Source of the DNA: a virus
IMG/VR virus record: IMGVR_UViG_3300008261_003175
Direction: 5' to 3' (one strand)
Length of the DNA: 64,000 nt
Below, in pieces: positions 51,701-60,077 of the stretch; position 1 is the stretch's first letter, and each line of letters begins with the position of its first letter. The notes beneath the pieces were generated by a model. The model was not told the origin of the DNA and made no database searches. It saw only the letters and a program-made list of their open reading frames with translations. The position numbers and the translations under genes were made by a program.

Positions 51701-52202
51701 TAGATATACTAGTGCAACCGCTTTTACAAGCTCAACAACAACAGCTAGTTTAGCCGTTGATACAGATGGTAATGTAGTAACCTCTCCATTTTATGATAGT
51801 GGAGAAAAAACATATACTGGAACAGTAACATGGACAGGAACGACTGCCCCATCAGGAGCAACTACTCACTCCTATCATTGGAGTCGAGTTGGAAATCTAG
51901 TAACAGTAAGGTTAAATTTAGCATACGCAGTAGCAGGAAACTCTTTAACATTAGCGTCTGCTACATTACCTACGGATTGTCCAATTCCTATTTCTCCTAG
52001 TGGCGTAACAGCGGCTAGTGAAGCAATATCTTATGGAACAGGTATTTTAGTAACTGTAAAAACAGTTCCAGCTTTTACTACTGTAGGCGCTGGTATGTCT
52101 GCATTAAGAAGAAATTCTGGAAATAATGGATACGATATAGCTATTATAAGAGCGTCAGCAAATTACCAATATGGTTACGCAACAATACAATATTATGCAT
52201 AA
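45765..52202 (+). CDS. Long tail fibre / receptor-binding protein
   Basis: 2145 aa, G/S/T-rich; GELAVN.ADG.LY N-terminus; YadA-like F[IL]GxxAG repeats; TGSLFGTASWA modules. Confidence 0.8.
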   Translation: MSLLPIKYSDIPGRSPSLLLIGELAVNIADGNLYYGSKNGVRLFSFSGSSSTNTGSLLLTASVNLNTITFTKGNGSTFAITVDTGSGSPGSGTVTSIATAGLISGGTITTTGTISTSMNTNRLVGRSTAGVGIMEEITIGSGLSLSGGTLSATGGGGTFPFDGSAVITGSLLVSGSGITITGSLNISGSLNATSSWAINALTSSNIQGGAANYIPLWKTDTSLTSSFLYQNNNVLTARSNSIDNGLMIDFGSNQYRIGGFGASPFNYIGIDPNFTQLFGSNVILDASSATLEISSGLIKTTSGASNIKGLKLDFNNNVYSLGDTDDLNTLTKIKVDESSQSVIITGSLTTTGSVFFPFLIEQSQNNVVLIDTSTGQLYYTASSAIGGGGSGTPGGTDQTIQFNSASVFSGSAKLKYDYTNSNIILTGSLLVTQSYISKVDYVEFTSASDQLTAVGRLGWNNSDGTLSLGLKGGNVDLLVGETEVAYVYNAEATTLTKGEVVFITGSQGNRVSVKRAAASSDPVSAGTLGFVAEPIISGQTGFVITSGVINKLDTSAYTEGALVYLSSSAGQYTTVKPVSPIHEVRLGYIQRSHPTVGSIYVKVDNGYEIGELHDVLDNTTSSSYGDLLVKSGSLWINSKQLTGSYGLTGSLTVTQNISASSFTGSLFGTASWAHSASNAINAQTASYVTSSNVFGPYGSNSILSASFALTASIATTAITSSYPISVTGSGTTLYSVSPLANPNFGEGATHSIFFGQEAGYLVSDAYYANFIGRQAGYTASYAEDSNFLGYRAGFNATYANRSNFLGSSVGSNATYASQSNFFGHQAGFEAYTASNSNFLGYQAGFQAYLSNDSTFMGYRAGYLATTASDSVFIGYETGRQASRANNSIFIGSGSGNGATNSNNSVFLGSTAGKNASSAHSIFIGTNAGSSTSGGNSIIIGRDAGSTISSTSNSILIGYQAGKRITGTGIGNNNIIIGTNITLPNGTSNAVNIGGALYITGIYGNTTGDPLTGSYIDVLTQPKVGIGTFSPSALLHINQIERGNPQFIVSNRESGSVFRVDENSIFAPQLRSLPVGSYEIVVRDTATGQLYVVSSSNFITGSGSGTTPPGGADTQIQYNNGGAFGGSSYFIYNYVNNSLKQGNTITARGAYSHGEGCNTFVGQFGYHASDVTSGVITLDVAYGDVKNTGVAEADGFIILDDTAYSNTYGVRAFTIASVAGGPPTTITLNNAGITTSEAIIYIPGRAEPLRADILLPGDCAHSEGSSSIASGNASHAAGIETNAFGNYSYAGGQGTVATSVGQTVVGKYNLPNSDIVSYGNSFIIGKGTSTSARTNMFEAVPSADTLTISASYVAIKGIPRFDAQPFLLAYETSSGQIYFSTASLVGGGSTTTTLSRITTGSVTASTNVGTGNVFTVTSASIAEFAVAGTGVTIGNVITDQHTVTGSLSISGSTTITGSLRVRDGITGSLFGTASWATNALTASYVLASNIAGDISRIAIGSVTASVGNSSGNIFNIISGSSTFVNITNNGDVGIGAPATSTTKLQISSSTNLSLGIVRSTTNAGYLSLDNATFAIAVNRNPVGSFIDTSKASSQINLFTGVSDSNIKFYTTTANNTLPSERMIITKDGNVGINRTAPIYTLDVSGSINFIGDTIVTGSFTVITGSSVEFQVINTGVRIGNIITDTHTVTGSFNISGSTTIRGNTRISGSVFISGSLIPNVNGTQTSSFNLGSPTAAWKALYVATRSIHFVDVDGIEVANISVEPNGGGGSFINIGDIRTYDENELAFRGIEVDRQQGFVFLGDYNKTLPFPISLNLIPDANQKIYTEGSSSGESGFKVDFVNDPFPRVWLGDFNGTGKSTSLIINDFFQTITTSGSFIMSGSLNVTQGITGSLQGTSSFALTASHVLNGGTSTIPTQIVTGSVTASVTLTQFSVTSGSITEFSVAGTGVTIGNTASDIHKVTGSFNISGSTTVNGQLFLSRYTSATAFTSSTTTASLAVDTDGNVVTSPFYDSGEKTYTGTVTWTGTTAPSGATTHSYHWSRVGNLVTVRLNLAYAVAGNSLTLASATLPTDCPIPISPSGVTAASEAISYGTGILVTVKTVPAFTTVGAGMSALRRNSGNNGYDIAIIRASANYQYGYATIQYYA
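48010..48700 (+). repeat. About 13 degenerate ~17-aa S[NI]F[LI]GxxAG beta-roll repeats in the fibre
   Basis: SIFFGQEAG, ANFIGRQAG, SNFLGYRAG, SNFFGHQAG, SNFLGYQAG, STFMGYRAG, SVFLGSTAG and others; boundaries approximate. Confidence 0.75.
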
Positions 52203-52381
52203 TGAGACACATAGTACAATCTAATACAATAGGAACAGATTTATACACGATAGTTGTAACAGATGATTGGAACGATACATTAGAAAATCATCCATCTATA
52301 GTAGAACATCCTGAATGGTTTGAAATAGTAGATACACCAATCCCAGAACAACACCAATTTTTAATTTATCAATCGTCTTAA
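52202..52381 (+). CDS. Small acidic protein, possible fibre assembly chaperone (59 aa, not in the ORF track)
   Basis: TAATG coupling to the fibre stop; MRHIVQSNTIGTDLYTIVVTDDWNDTLENHPSIVEHPEWFEIVD... Confidence 0.6.
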   Translation: MRHIVQSNTIGTDLYTIVVTDDWNDTLENHPSIVEHPEWFEIVDTPIPEQHQFLIYQSS

Positions 52382-52446
52382 GATAAGAATGCTTCTTACT
52401 TAAAACTATAATTTTATAAATTGCGAAATAATTCATATATTTCAAT

Positions 52447-52845
52447 ATGTTAGTAGCAACGCAAATATCTTGGGACAAAGCCAATTACTTGTGGAGCGAT
52501 TTTCAATTCGGAAGTCTCTATGCTCAATACCTCTTAGAAACATATGGTATAACTGTAGAAGCTTCAGGCAGAGAAATCTGGAATCACGTGCTTTCTATAG
52601 AAGTAATAGTTTCCCCAGTAATTTTTGGAGGAGCAGGAGATAGCACATTGGGAATTGGCGGCAGAAAGAAAAAAGTAAAAAACAAGATAAAGCTGATATT
52701 TATAATGGGTGAAGTTCGCAAAGACGAAATTAAAGAAGTCAACGATACTGTCTCCGCAAAATTGGTTTCCGATATACAAAACAAAATAGAGGAACAATTG
52801 CAAACTAAAATATCACTTAGCGATGTACAAATTATTAAAGGATAA
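52447..52845 (+). CDS. Hypothetical protein
   Basis: ORF on the operon strand. Confidence 0.5.
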   Translation: MLVATQISWDKANYLWSDFQFGSLYAQYLLETYGITVEASGREIWNHVLSIEVIVSPVIFGGAGDSTLGIGGRKKKVKNKIKLIFIMGEVRKDEIKEVNDTVSAKLVSDIQNKIEEQLQTKISLSDVQIIKG

Positions 52846-53377
52846 AAACAACGAGTTTCAGTGCGAAATAAGATTAGAAGGCACAACATCGAAAAACGCA
52901 AAAGCTAGATTGTTTTTGGAAGCAGACGGTTGCGAATATGTATTCTCAGGACGCATCCAGAACGAAAGGTGCGTCATTCCAATGGGCAGATTAAAGAAAT
53001 ACGCAAACCTATTAGAAAGCGGAAATATCAGACTGGAGATCATCGCAGAAGACACGGTATTCACCCCATACGAGAATACTTACGAATTGGACGAAGAAAG
53101 AAAAGTGACTGTAGAAGTAATTCAGCCTGATTATTCTATAAAGAAGCCAATAGTCGAGGTAAAAGTCGAACAACCAAAAGTTGCTAAAAAACAAAAATCC
53201 AAATTGGATCCAGTAAAAGAAATAAAATCTTATTTGCAAGAAATATCTGGATTCGATGGAACTATTAAAAGTTTTAAATCCGCTATAAAAAACGAATCGA
53301 ATAAAAAATTTATAAACGTAGTTTGCGAAACTTTTAAATTAGACAAATCAGAGGTTATCAAGCAGCTCATAAAATAA
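52823..53377 (+). CDS. Hypothetical protein
   Basis: ORF on the operon strand with a beta-rich N-domain. Confidence 0.55.
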   Translation: MYKLLKDKNNEFQCEIRLEGTTSKNAKARLFLEADGCEYVFSGRIQNERCVIPMGRLKKYANLLESGNIRLEIIAEDTVFTPYENTYELDEERKVTVEVIQPDYSIKKPIVEVKVEQPKVAKKQKSKLDPVKEIKSYLQEISGFDGTIKSFKSAIKNESNKKFINVVCETFKLDKSEVIKQLIK

Positions 53378-53390
53378 GTTATGAATAATT

Positions 53391-55439
53391 ATGTCAATAC
53401 CTTCATTATCAGGATCTTATATTGATCAAACGTACCAAAGGCTTGTACAAACTAACGATACAGGTACAGAGTTTGCAGACGGTTTAGGTCGAGTTATTGC
53501 TTTCGGAGGAGCCACCATCCCAGGAGGTCCAATAAATTCTTTACAATTCAACAAAGACAACACGAACTTTAGTGGTTCTGCTAATTTGACTTTTAGCGGA
53601 TCAAATACCCTAACGTTAACTGGTTCACTTAATATAAGCGGATCAACTCTACAAATAGGTAATAATACACTAATTGGAAATACAACTCTATCAGGCAGTA
53701 TCATAATGTCTGGATCAACTACAACTCCTACAACACCAACAATTAAGATATATGGTGATATGGAAACGGATGGTGTGATTAAATTCATGCCAGTATCTAA
53801 AAACATAGATACATCAATATCTGCATCGTATATATTTGTATCTGGTTCAACAAACGATTTATACTTCAGCCAAAACGGTAACGGATATAATAATGTAACT
53901 CGTCTACGTTGGTTAGAAAGTAATTTATATACGGGTTTATTGCATGGCGGTATCATATCGCAAGTAAATTCAAACACATATAGAATAGGAAGCGGTAGTG
54001 GTATTATTGTTGATTTGAATGTAACAGTACCAGATGATCCGTATCCTACAGTACAATTTTTAGAATGGGGAAATTTAACTAATACTATTGATGCTTTAAG
54101 TGGATCATTTGACCAACAATTTGTTGCTATAAATTCATCAAATCAAATATACGCTCAAGGAATACCATATAATAATGGCGATTATAATACATTAATACCA
54201 ATCGGTATTGTACTCCATCAGAATAGATCCACAATAAATGGTGTTCAGACTTTTCCAGGCGTAGCATATGGATGGAAACAAAGATCTTTTGATTTCATTA
54301 AAGCATTTGGAGCATTAAAAATATCAGGATATACATTATCTCAAAGCGGATCTTCTGCTAGAGGCTTATTATTAAGTGGTGGTACATCTTGGGTAGACGG
54401 CAGAAATTATACAATAAACCCAACCCAACCCAGCTATATTGAAGAAGCAGTAGGTACACCAACCTCTAAAATATTTAGATACTATCAATCAGGATCTGAT
54501 TTCGTTTACAATACAAACGGTGGAGCTGGATTCACAGACATAGACCCAACACAGTATTCAAATGCAGGTACATTAGCAACAGTAGATGCAAATAAATGGA
54601 CAATACAGAGAGTATTCTATTTTCCAAATAGTGCTACAAAAGCATTATTTGTTTATTATGGAAATGCTCAATATGCAAATGAAGCTGATGCTCTTGCAGC
54701 TGTGACTACTGAAACATTTACTGAAGCACCTAACACAGCAGCTAGTGCTATTTATATCGGTTTTATGTTATTAAGACATAATGCTGATTTTAATACAGCG
54801 GCCTCCTATGAATTTTATGCTGCAGGATTGTTTAGAGGTTCTGGTGCTGGTGGCGGAGGCGGTGTAGGTGGAGGTGCAACATCATTAGCAGGATTAACTG
54901 ACGTACAATTAACATCACCTACTAATGGACAACCATTAGTATATGATACATTATCTACTAAATGGATTAATAGTAGTGCACTAACAGCATCACTATTTGG
55001 TACTGCTAGTTGGGCTACTAATTTTGTATCTGCTTCCAATTATGTTTTAAATATCGCTACTAGTTCATTTGCAACTACAGGCACAAATACGTTTATAGGA
55101 AGTCAAACAATAACAGGTAGTATAATATTACCTACATTAGTAGAAGTAACTGATGTTAATGTAAGCTTTGCTATGCCATCTAATCCTAGTGGAATATATA
55201 AAGTTACTGCTCAAGAAGATCCCGGAACTATAGATATGGGATCAATCATTTTCCCACCAGTAGTAGAAGGCACAAGTTTTACTATAATAGTTACTGGTAA
55301 TACTAATGATGTTATTGTTTCTTCTCCATATCCTATTAATGCAAGAAGTCAAGATGTTACCCTTCTTGGTAATCAAAAAATATATAATTTTTATGGTATA
55401 AGCGGATATTGGTACGCAGGAAGTTTAAGTTTACCATAA
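53391..55439 (+). CDS. Second tail fibre-like protein
   Basis: SGS/TGS-rich; LAGLTDV...NGQPLVYD...KWIN module; TASLFGTASWA shared with the long fibre. Confidence 0.7.
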   Translation: MSIPSLSGSYIDQTYQRLVQTNDTGTEFADGLGRVIAFGGATIPGGPINSLQFNKDNTNFSGSANLTFSGSNTLTLTGSLNISGSTLQIGNNTLIGNTTLSGSIIMSGSTTTPTTPTIKIYGDMETDGVIKFMPVSKNIDTSISASYIFVSGSTNDLYFSQNGNGYNNVTRLRWLESNLYTGLLHGGIISQVNSNTYRIGSGSGIIVDLNVTVPDDPYPTVQFLEWGNLTNTIDALSGSFDQQFVAINSSNQIYAQGIPYNNGDYNTLIPIGIVLHQNRSTINGVQTFPGVAYGWKQRSFDFIKAFGALKISGYTLSQSGSSARGLLLSGGTSWVDGRNYTINPTQPSYIEEAVGTPTSKIFRYYQSGSDFVYNTNGGAGFTDIDPTQYSNAGTLATVDANKWTIQRVFYFPNSATKALFVYYGNAQYANEADALAAVTTETFTEAPNTAASAIYIGFMLLRHNADFNTAASYEFYAAGLFRGSGAGGGGGVGGGATSLAGLTDVQLTSPTNGQPLVYDTLSTKWINSSALTASLFGTASWATNFVSASNYVLNIATSSFATTGTNTFIGSQTITGSIILPTLVEVTDVNVSFAMPSNPSGIYKVTAQEDPGTIDMGSIIFPPVVEGTSFTIIVTGNTNDVIVSSPYPINARSQDVTLLGNQKIYNFYGISGYWYAGSLSLP

Positions 55440-55471
55440 ATTATATTAAAATTCTATATTTATATTAGACA

Positions 55472-55525
55472 ATGAGTAGTTTAATAAGATTAAAATATTC
55501 CAAATTTCTATATATTTATAAATAA
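55472..55525 (+). pseudogene. Relic 5' end of a fibre-gene paralog (17-aa stub)
   Basis: 22-bp identity with 45749-45770; MSSLIRLKYS versus MSLLPIKYS. Confidence 0.55.
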
Positions 55526-55532
55526 ACAAAAT

Positions 55533-55799
55533 ATGACACTAACACTAATTCTATTGCTAGCTATAATTGCAACAACAATTCTAGTAGTAAACAAAAAATC
55601 AAAATCTCAAAAAGAACAAGTTTTAAAAATCGAAGACGTAGTTCTACCTGAAGTAGATTTGTCTTCTATTCAAGAGGAAAAACCTGTAGTTGTAATAGAA
55701 CAACCACAAGAGGTAACTCAACTAGCAGAGCAACAAAAAAAGAAAAGAAAGTATTACAAGAAAAAGCACCCTAAAAAAATGGACGCTAATAAAAAATAA
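55533..55799 (+). CDS. Small membrane-anchored protein with a basic tail
   Basis: N-terminal TM; KKKRKYYKKKHPKK. Confidence 0.6.
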   Translation: MTLTLILLLAIIATTILVVNKKSKSQKEQVLKIEDVVLPEVDLSSIQEEKPVVVIEQPQEVTQLAEQQKKKRKYYKKKHPKKMDANKK

Positions 55800-55806
55800 A
55801 AAAATC

Positions 55807-55830
55807 ACTCCTCAAAACAGAGGAGTTTTT
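55807..55830 (+). terminator. Rho-independent terminator
   Basis: ACTCCTC-aaaaca-GAGGAGT-TTTT. Confidence 0.75.
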
Positions 55831-55885
55831 AATTACGCAAAATACAATATATTTATTTAAAAAACCAAGTTTTAAAATCAACGTT

Positions 55886-56125
55886 ATGGGAAAAATTACA
55901 GATGAAGAATTAGGACAAATAGAATTGATAAAGCAACAGAGTTTGGAAGTTGCGTCAATTCTTGGAGAACTAACTTATCAAAAACTCAGTTTGGAAAACC
56001 AAATAGAAGAACAGAGACACAAAATAGTAGAAATAAAAAAATCAGAATCCGAACTATTTTTACAACTGAGAGAAAAATACGGAAATATCACCATAAATAT
56101 CGAAACTGGGGAATTCAATCAGTAA
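55886..56125 (+). CDS. Small coiled-coil protein
   Basis: LGEL...L.EKYG...INIETGEF pattern; upstream late motif. Confidence 0.65.
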   Translation: MGKITDEELGQIELIKQQSLEVASILGELTYQKLSLENQIEEQRHKIVEIKKSESELFLQLREKYGNITINIETGEFNQ

Positions 56126-56183
56126 TTTGACCAAAGCGGCGATATTTATTATCAGATCCAAAACTATAAATTAATATAAAAAC

Positions 56184-57941
56184 ATGGCTGAAACATTAAT
56201 ATCACCAGGAGTTTTCCTAACGGAAAACGATATGAGTCAAATAACTCAAGGTCCAATAGCAGCAGGAGCTGCGTTGTTAGGTCCCACAGTTACAGGTCCA
56301 GTAAACATACCAACTCAAGTTACTTCGTATTCTGAATATAAAGCGATATTCGGAGCCGCATTCGTCTCTGGAGGCACTTCTCAAGAGTATTTAACGAGCA
56401 TGGCGGCTTTGAATTACTTTGAACAAGGCGGAGATTCTCTTCTTGTAACCAGAGTAGTTTCTGGAACTTATACAGCTGCAACGGCTTCTATTGGAAACTT
56501 TGCAGGCACTACGTCTTTTCAACTAGAGGCTTTATCATTTGGTGTAATAATGAATAACGCAACAGCTTCAGCGCCCTCTGGATTATTACAATCTGGATCA
56601 ACGTCTAACATTCGTTGGGAAGTAGTAAGTTCAAACTCAGGATCAGGTATATTCAGCTTAATCATAAGAAGAGGAGACGATTATAACAATAGTAAAACTA
56701 TTTTAGAAACGTGGAATGGACTTTCTTTAGATCCAAATCAACCAAACTATGTATCATATATCATAGGAGACCAAACTCAAACAGTACAAACTGACGAATT
56801 TGGCAATAGTTATTTACAATATAGCGGATCATACACAAATAAATCAAAATACGTTAGAGTAAGAGCAGTTAACACTCCAATGCCTAATTATTTTAATACA
56901 GCAGGAGTTGTAAATAGCGCTTATACGGCTTCTATGCCAAGAGTAGGTAGCGGATCTTTAAATGGAGGTTTCGCAACGGCTACAGGAAATATTTGGGGTT
57001 GTTTTAATCAAGCTGCTTTAAATTTATATGAAGCAGTACCTAATACCACATCAACAGTTAGTACAACCACAACAAATATTCAAGGCGTATTCCCTGATTC
57101 TTACACTGTTCCACTTAGTTTGTTATCGAATCAAGACGCTTACGATTTTAACGTGATATATGCACCAGGTTTAACCATGGTTAATGCAGCTTCGACTGTA
57201 AATAGCATAATTACTTTAGCTCAAGATAGAGGCGATTGTATCGCAGTGGTTGATACAGTTGGATACGGTCAAAGCATGACACAAGCGACTACTCAAGCGC
57301 AATCGTACGATAATTCGTATGCTGCAACATATTGGCCGTGGGTGCAACTTAGAAGTCGAGAAACGGGAAAACTTAATTTTGTTCCTCCTTCTACATTGAT
57401 CCCAGCTATTTACGAATATAACGATAAAGTATCTGCAGAATGGTTCGCACCAGCGGGTCTCAACAGAGGAGGTCTTTCGACCGTATTGCAACCAGAAAGA
57501 AGGTTGAGCGTTAATGATAGAAACTTCTTGTACGCAGGAAAAGTAAATCCAATCGCTACATTCCCTGGAGTTGGAACGGTTGTATACGGTCAAAAAACTT
57601 TGCAATCAAAAGCATCAGCTCTTGATAGAGTGAACGTTAGAAGATTGTTGATTTCTCTTAAGAGGTATATAAAACAAATATCAAATAACCTTGTATTCGA
57701 ACCAAATACAACTGTAACTAGAAATAAATTCTTGAATCAAGTTAATCCATATTTGGAATTTGTACAACAAAAGCAAGGTCTTTACGCATTCCAAGTTGTA
57801 ATGGACGAAACAAATAATACTCCTGACGTAATAGACAGAAATCAATTGGTAGGAGCTATATATTTACAGCCTACAAGGACTGCAGAATTCATTCAACTAG
57901 ACTTTAACATTTTGCCAACTGGAGCATCATTTGGACAATAA
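56184..57941 (+). CDS. Tail sheath protein 1 (gp18-like)
   Basis: SPGV..END.S, YWPW, EWFAPAGLNRG, KVNPIATFPG, GQKTL, DRVNVRRL, FEPN. Confidence 0.95.
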   Translation: MAETLISPGVFLTENDMSQITQGPIAAGAALLGPTVTGPVNIPTQVTSYSEYKAIFGAAFVSGGTSQEYLTSMAALNYFEQGGDSLLVTRVVSGTYTAATASIGNFAGTTSFQLEALSFGVIMNNATASAPSGLLQSGSTSNIRWEVVSSNSGSGIFSLIIRRGDDYNNSKTILETWNGLSLDPNQPNYVSYIIGDQTQTVQTDEFGNSYLQYSGSYTNKSKYVRVRAVNTPMPNYFNTAGVVNSAYTASMPRVGSGSLNGGFATATGNIWGCFNQAALNLYEAVPNTTSTVSTTTTNIQGVFPDSYTVPLSLLSNQDAYDFNVIYAPGLTMVNAASTVNSIITLAQDRGDCIAVVDTVGYGQSMTQATTQAQSYDNSYAATYWPWVQLRSRETGKLNFVPPSTLIPAIYEYNDKVSAEWFAPAGLNRGGLSTVLQPERRLSVNDRNFLYAGKVNPIATFPGVGTVVYGQKTLQSKASALDRVNVRRLLISLKRYIKQISNNLVFEPNTTVTRNKFLNQVNPYLEFVQQKQGLYAFQVVMDETNNTPDVIDRNQLVGAIYLQPTRTAEFIQLDFNILPTGASFGQ

Positions 57942-57959
57942 ATAAAATAAATTATTTAA

Positions 57960-60056
57960 ATGGCTGAAACATTAATATCACCAGGAGTTTTCCTAACGGA
58001 AAACGATATGAGCCAAATAACTCAAGGTCCAATAGCGGCAGGAGCCGCTCTTATAGGACCGACAGTATTTGGTCCGGTGAATATACCCACAGTAGTAACC
58101 TCTTATTCAGAATATAAAGCTCTATTTGGAACTGCGTTCATATCAGGTGGCACTAACTATGAGTATCTAACTAGTATAGCAGCTTTAAATTATTTCGAAC
58201 AAGGAGGAACATCTTTACTTATAACAAGAGTTGTATCAGGATCTTATACTCCAGCAATTGCTGAAATTCCATGCGGTATTGCTGGAAAATATGCAAATGC
58301 TTCTGCAACTCCTACATTCGATGATGGTGCGTTTTTTCAATTAACTGGCTCAAGCCTGGGTAGATTTTATGTGACTTCTAGTCGAACGCAAATAGACTCA
58401 GCTCCGAACTACTACGTTGTAACTGGAAGTACAGCTACTTTAACTGTACAAAATATAGCAAGCAAAATAAATTCGCTATCGTCTATTTTTAATATAATAG
58501 CTACAGGCAGTTCTACTAATCTATTTTTAACATCGAGTTTAATAGGAACAATAGGAAATAGCTTTAGATTTGTAACTGCGTCTAGCGCGACTAATTTAGT
58601 TGGTGGTGTAAATCCTAGTGCTAGTTTTGTGTTAGAAACTGTATCTGTAGGACAAGGTATGGATAATTGGGCAGGAACAGGTAGTATATCTAATCAGATA
58701 TTGCCTAGCGGATCTAATATGAACATTCGTTGGGAAGTAGTAAGTTCAAACTCTGGATCTGGTGTATTTAGTTTGATTATAAGAAGAGGAGACGACTACA
58801 GTAATAGCAAAACTATTTTAGAAACATGGAATGGTCTTTCTTTGGATCCAAACCAGCCTAACTATATAGCGGCTGTGATAGGAGATCAAACTCGAACAGT
58901 GCAGACTGACGAGTTCGGTAATAGCTATTTGCAGTTGAGTGGAAATTATAGAAACGTTTCTAGATACGTTAGAGTGAAAAGCGTAAATTATCCAACTCCT
59001 AACTATTTTGATGGTTCAGGAACTGTACAATCAAATTATACGGCTTCTATGCCTTTGGTCGGATTGGGTTTAGCAAATGGAGCATTTTCAGGATCTCTTG
59101 GACCTATATATGGATGCTATGAAAAAGCAGCATTAAATATGTTTGAAGCAATACCAACAGTTACATCTGTTGGAACTAACGCATCAACTAATATACAAGG
59201 CATATCGGAAACAGATTATTCTACAGCTATAAGCTTGTTATCGAATCAAGACGCTTACGATTTTAACGTCTTATTTGCGCCTGGATTAAATTCACAGAAC
59301 GCAACTTCTACTATATCGAGCTTGATAAGTTTATCTCAAACAAGAGGAGATAATATTTCTATAGTAGATATGACTTCATACGGTCAAAGCATGACACAGG
59401 CCACTATTCAAGCTCAATCATACGATAATTCCTATGCAGCAGTATACTGGCCGTGGGTACAAATCAGAAGCAGAGAAACAGGCAAATTAAATTTCGTTCC
59501 AGCTTCTACTCTTATACCTGCAATTTATGAATATAATGATAAAGTTTCTGCTGAGTGGTTTGCTCCTGCTGGATCAAATAGAGGAAAAATATCTATAGCA
59601 ATCAAACCAGAGAGATCGTTAACTTTGAATGATAGAAATTTCTTGTACTCAGGAAAAGTAAATCCTATAGCAATATTTCCAACAGACGGAGTGGTAGTAT
59701 ATGGTCAAAAAACCCTACAAGCAAAAGCTTCTGCTCTAGATAGAGTAAATGTAAGAAGATTGTTAATCTCTTTGAAGAGAGCAATAAAGCAAATATCAGA
59801 AAATTTGGTATTCGAACCAAATACAACTGTAACTAGAAATAAATTCTTGAACCAGGTTAATCCCTATTTAGAATACGTTCAACAAAAACAGGGGTTGTAT
59901 TCTTTTCAAGTTGTAATGGACGAAACAAATAATACTCCTGATGTAATCGATAGGAATCAATTAGTGGGAGCTATATATTTACAACCTACGAAAGTGGCAG
60001 AATTTGTACAACTAGATTTTAATATCTTGCCTACAGGCGCAACATTTGGACAATAA
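57960..60056 (+). CDS. Tail sheath protein 2 (paralog with a ~110-aa insertion)
   Basis: Same motifs as sheath 1; first 31 aa identical. Confidence 0.93.
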   Translation: MAETLISPGVFLTENDMSQITQGPIAAGAALIGPTVFGPVNIPTVVTSYSEYKALFGTAFISGGTNYEYLTSIAALNYFEQGGTSLLITRVVSGSYTPAIAEIPCGIAGKYANASATPTFDDGAFFQLTGSSLGRFYVTSSRTQIDSAPNYYVVTGSTATLTVQNIASKINSLSSIFNIIATGSSTNLFLTSSLIGTIGNSFRFVTASSATNLVGGVNPSASFVLETVSVGQGMDNWAGTGSISNQILPSGSNMNIRWEVVSSNSGSGVFSLIIRRGDDYSNSKTILETWNGLSLDPNQPNYIAAVIGDQTRTVQTDEFGNSYLQLSGNYRNVSRYVRVKSVNYPTPNYFDGSGTVQSNYTASMPLVGLGLANGAFSGSLGPIYGCYEKAALNMFEAIPTVTSVGTNASTNIQGISETDYSTAISLLSNQDAYDFNVLFAPGLNSQNATSTISSLISLSQTRGDNISIVDMTSYGQSMTQATIQAQSYDNSYAAVYWPWVQIRSRETGKLNFVPASTLIPAIYEYNDKVSAEWFAPAGSNRGKISIAIKPERSLTLNDRNFLYSGKVNPIAIFPTDGVVVYGQKTLQAKASALDRVNVRRLLISLKRAIKQISENLVFEPNTTVTRNKFLNQVNPYLEYVQQKQGLYSFQVVMDETNNTPDVIDRNQLVGAIYLQPTKVAEFVQLDFNILPTGATFGQ

Positions 60057-60077
60057 ATAAAAATAAAATAAAAAACA

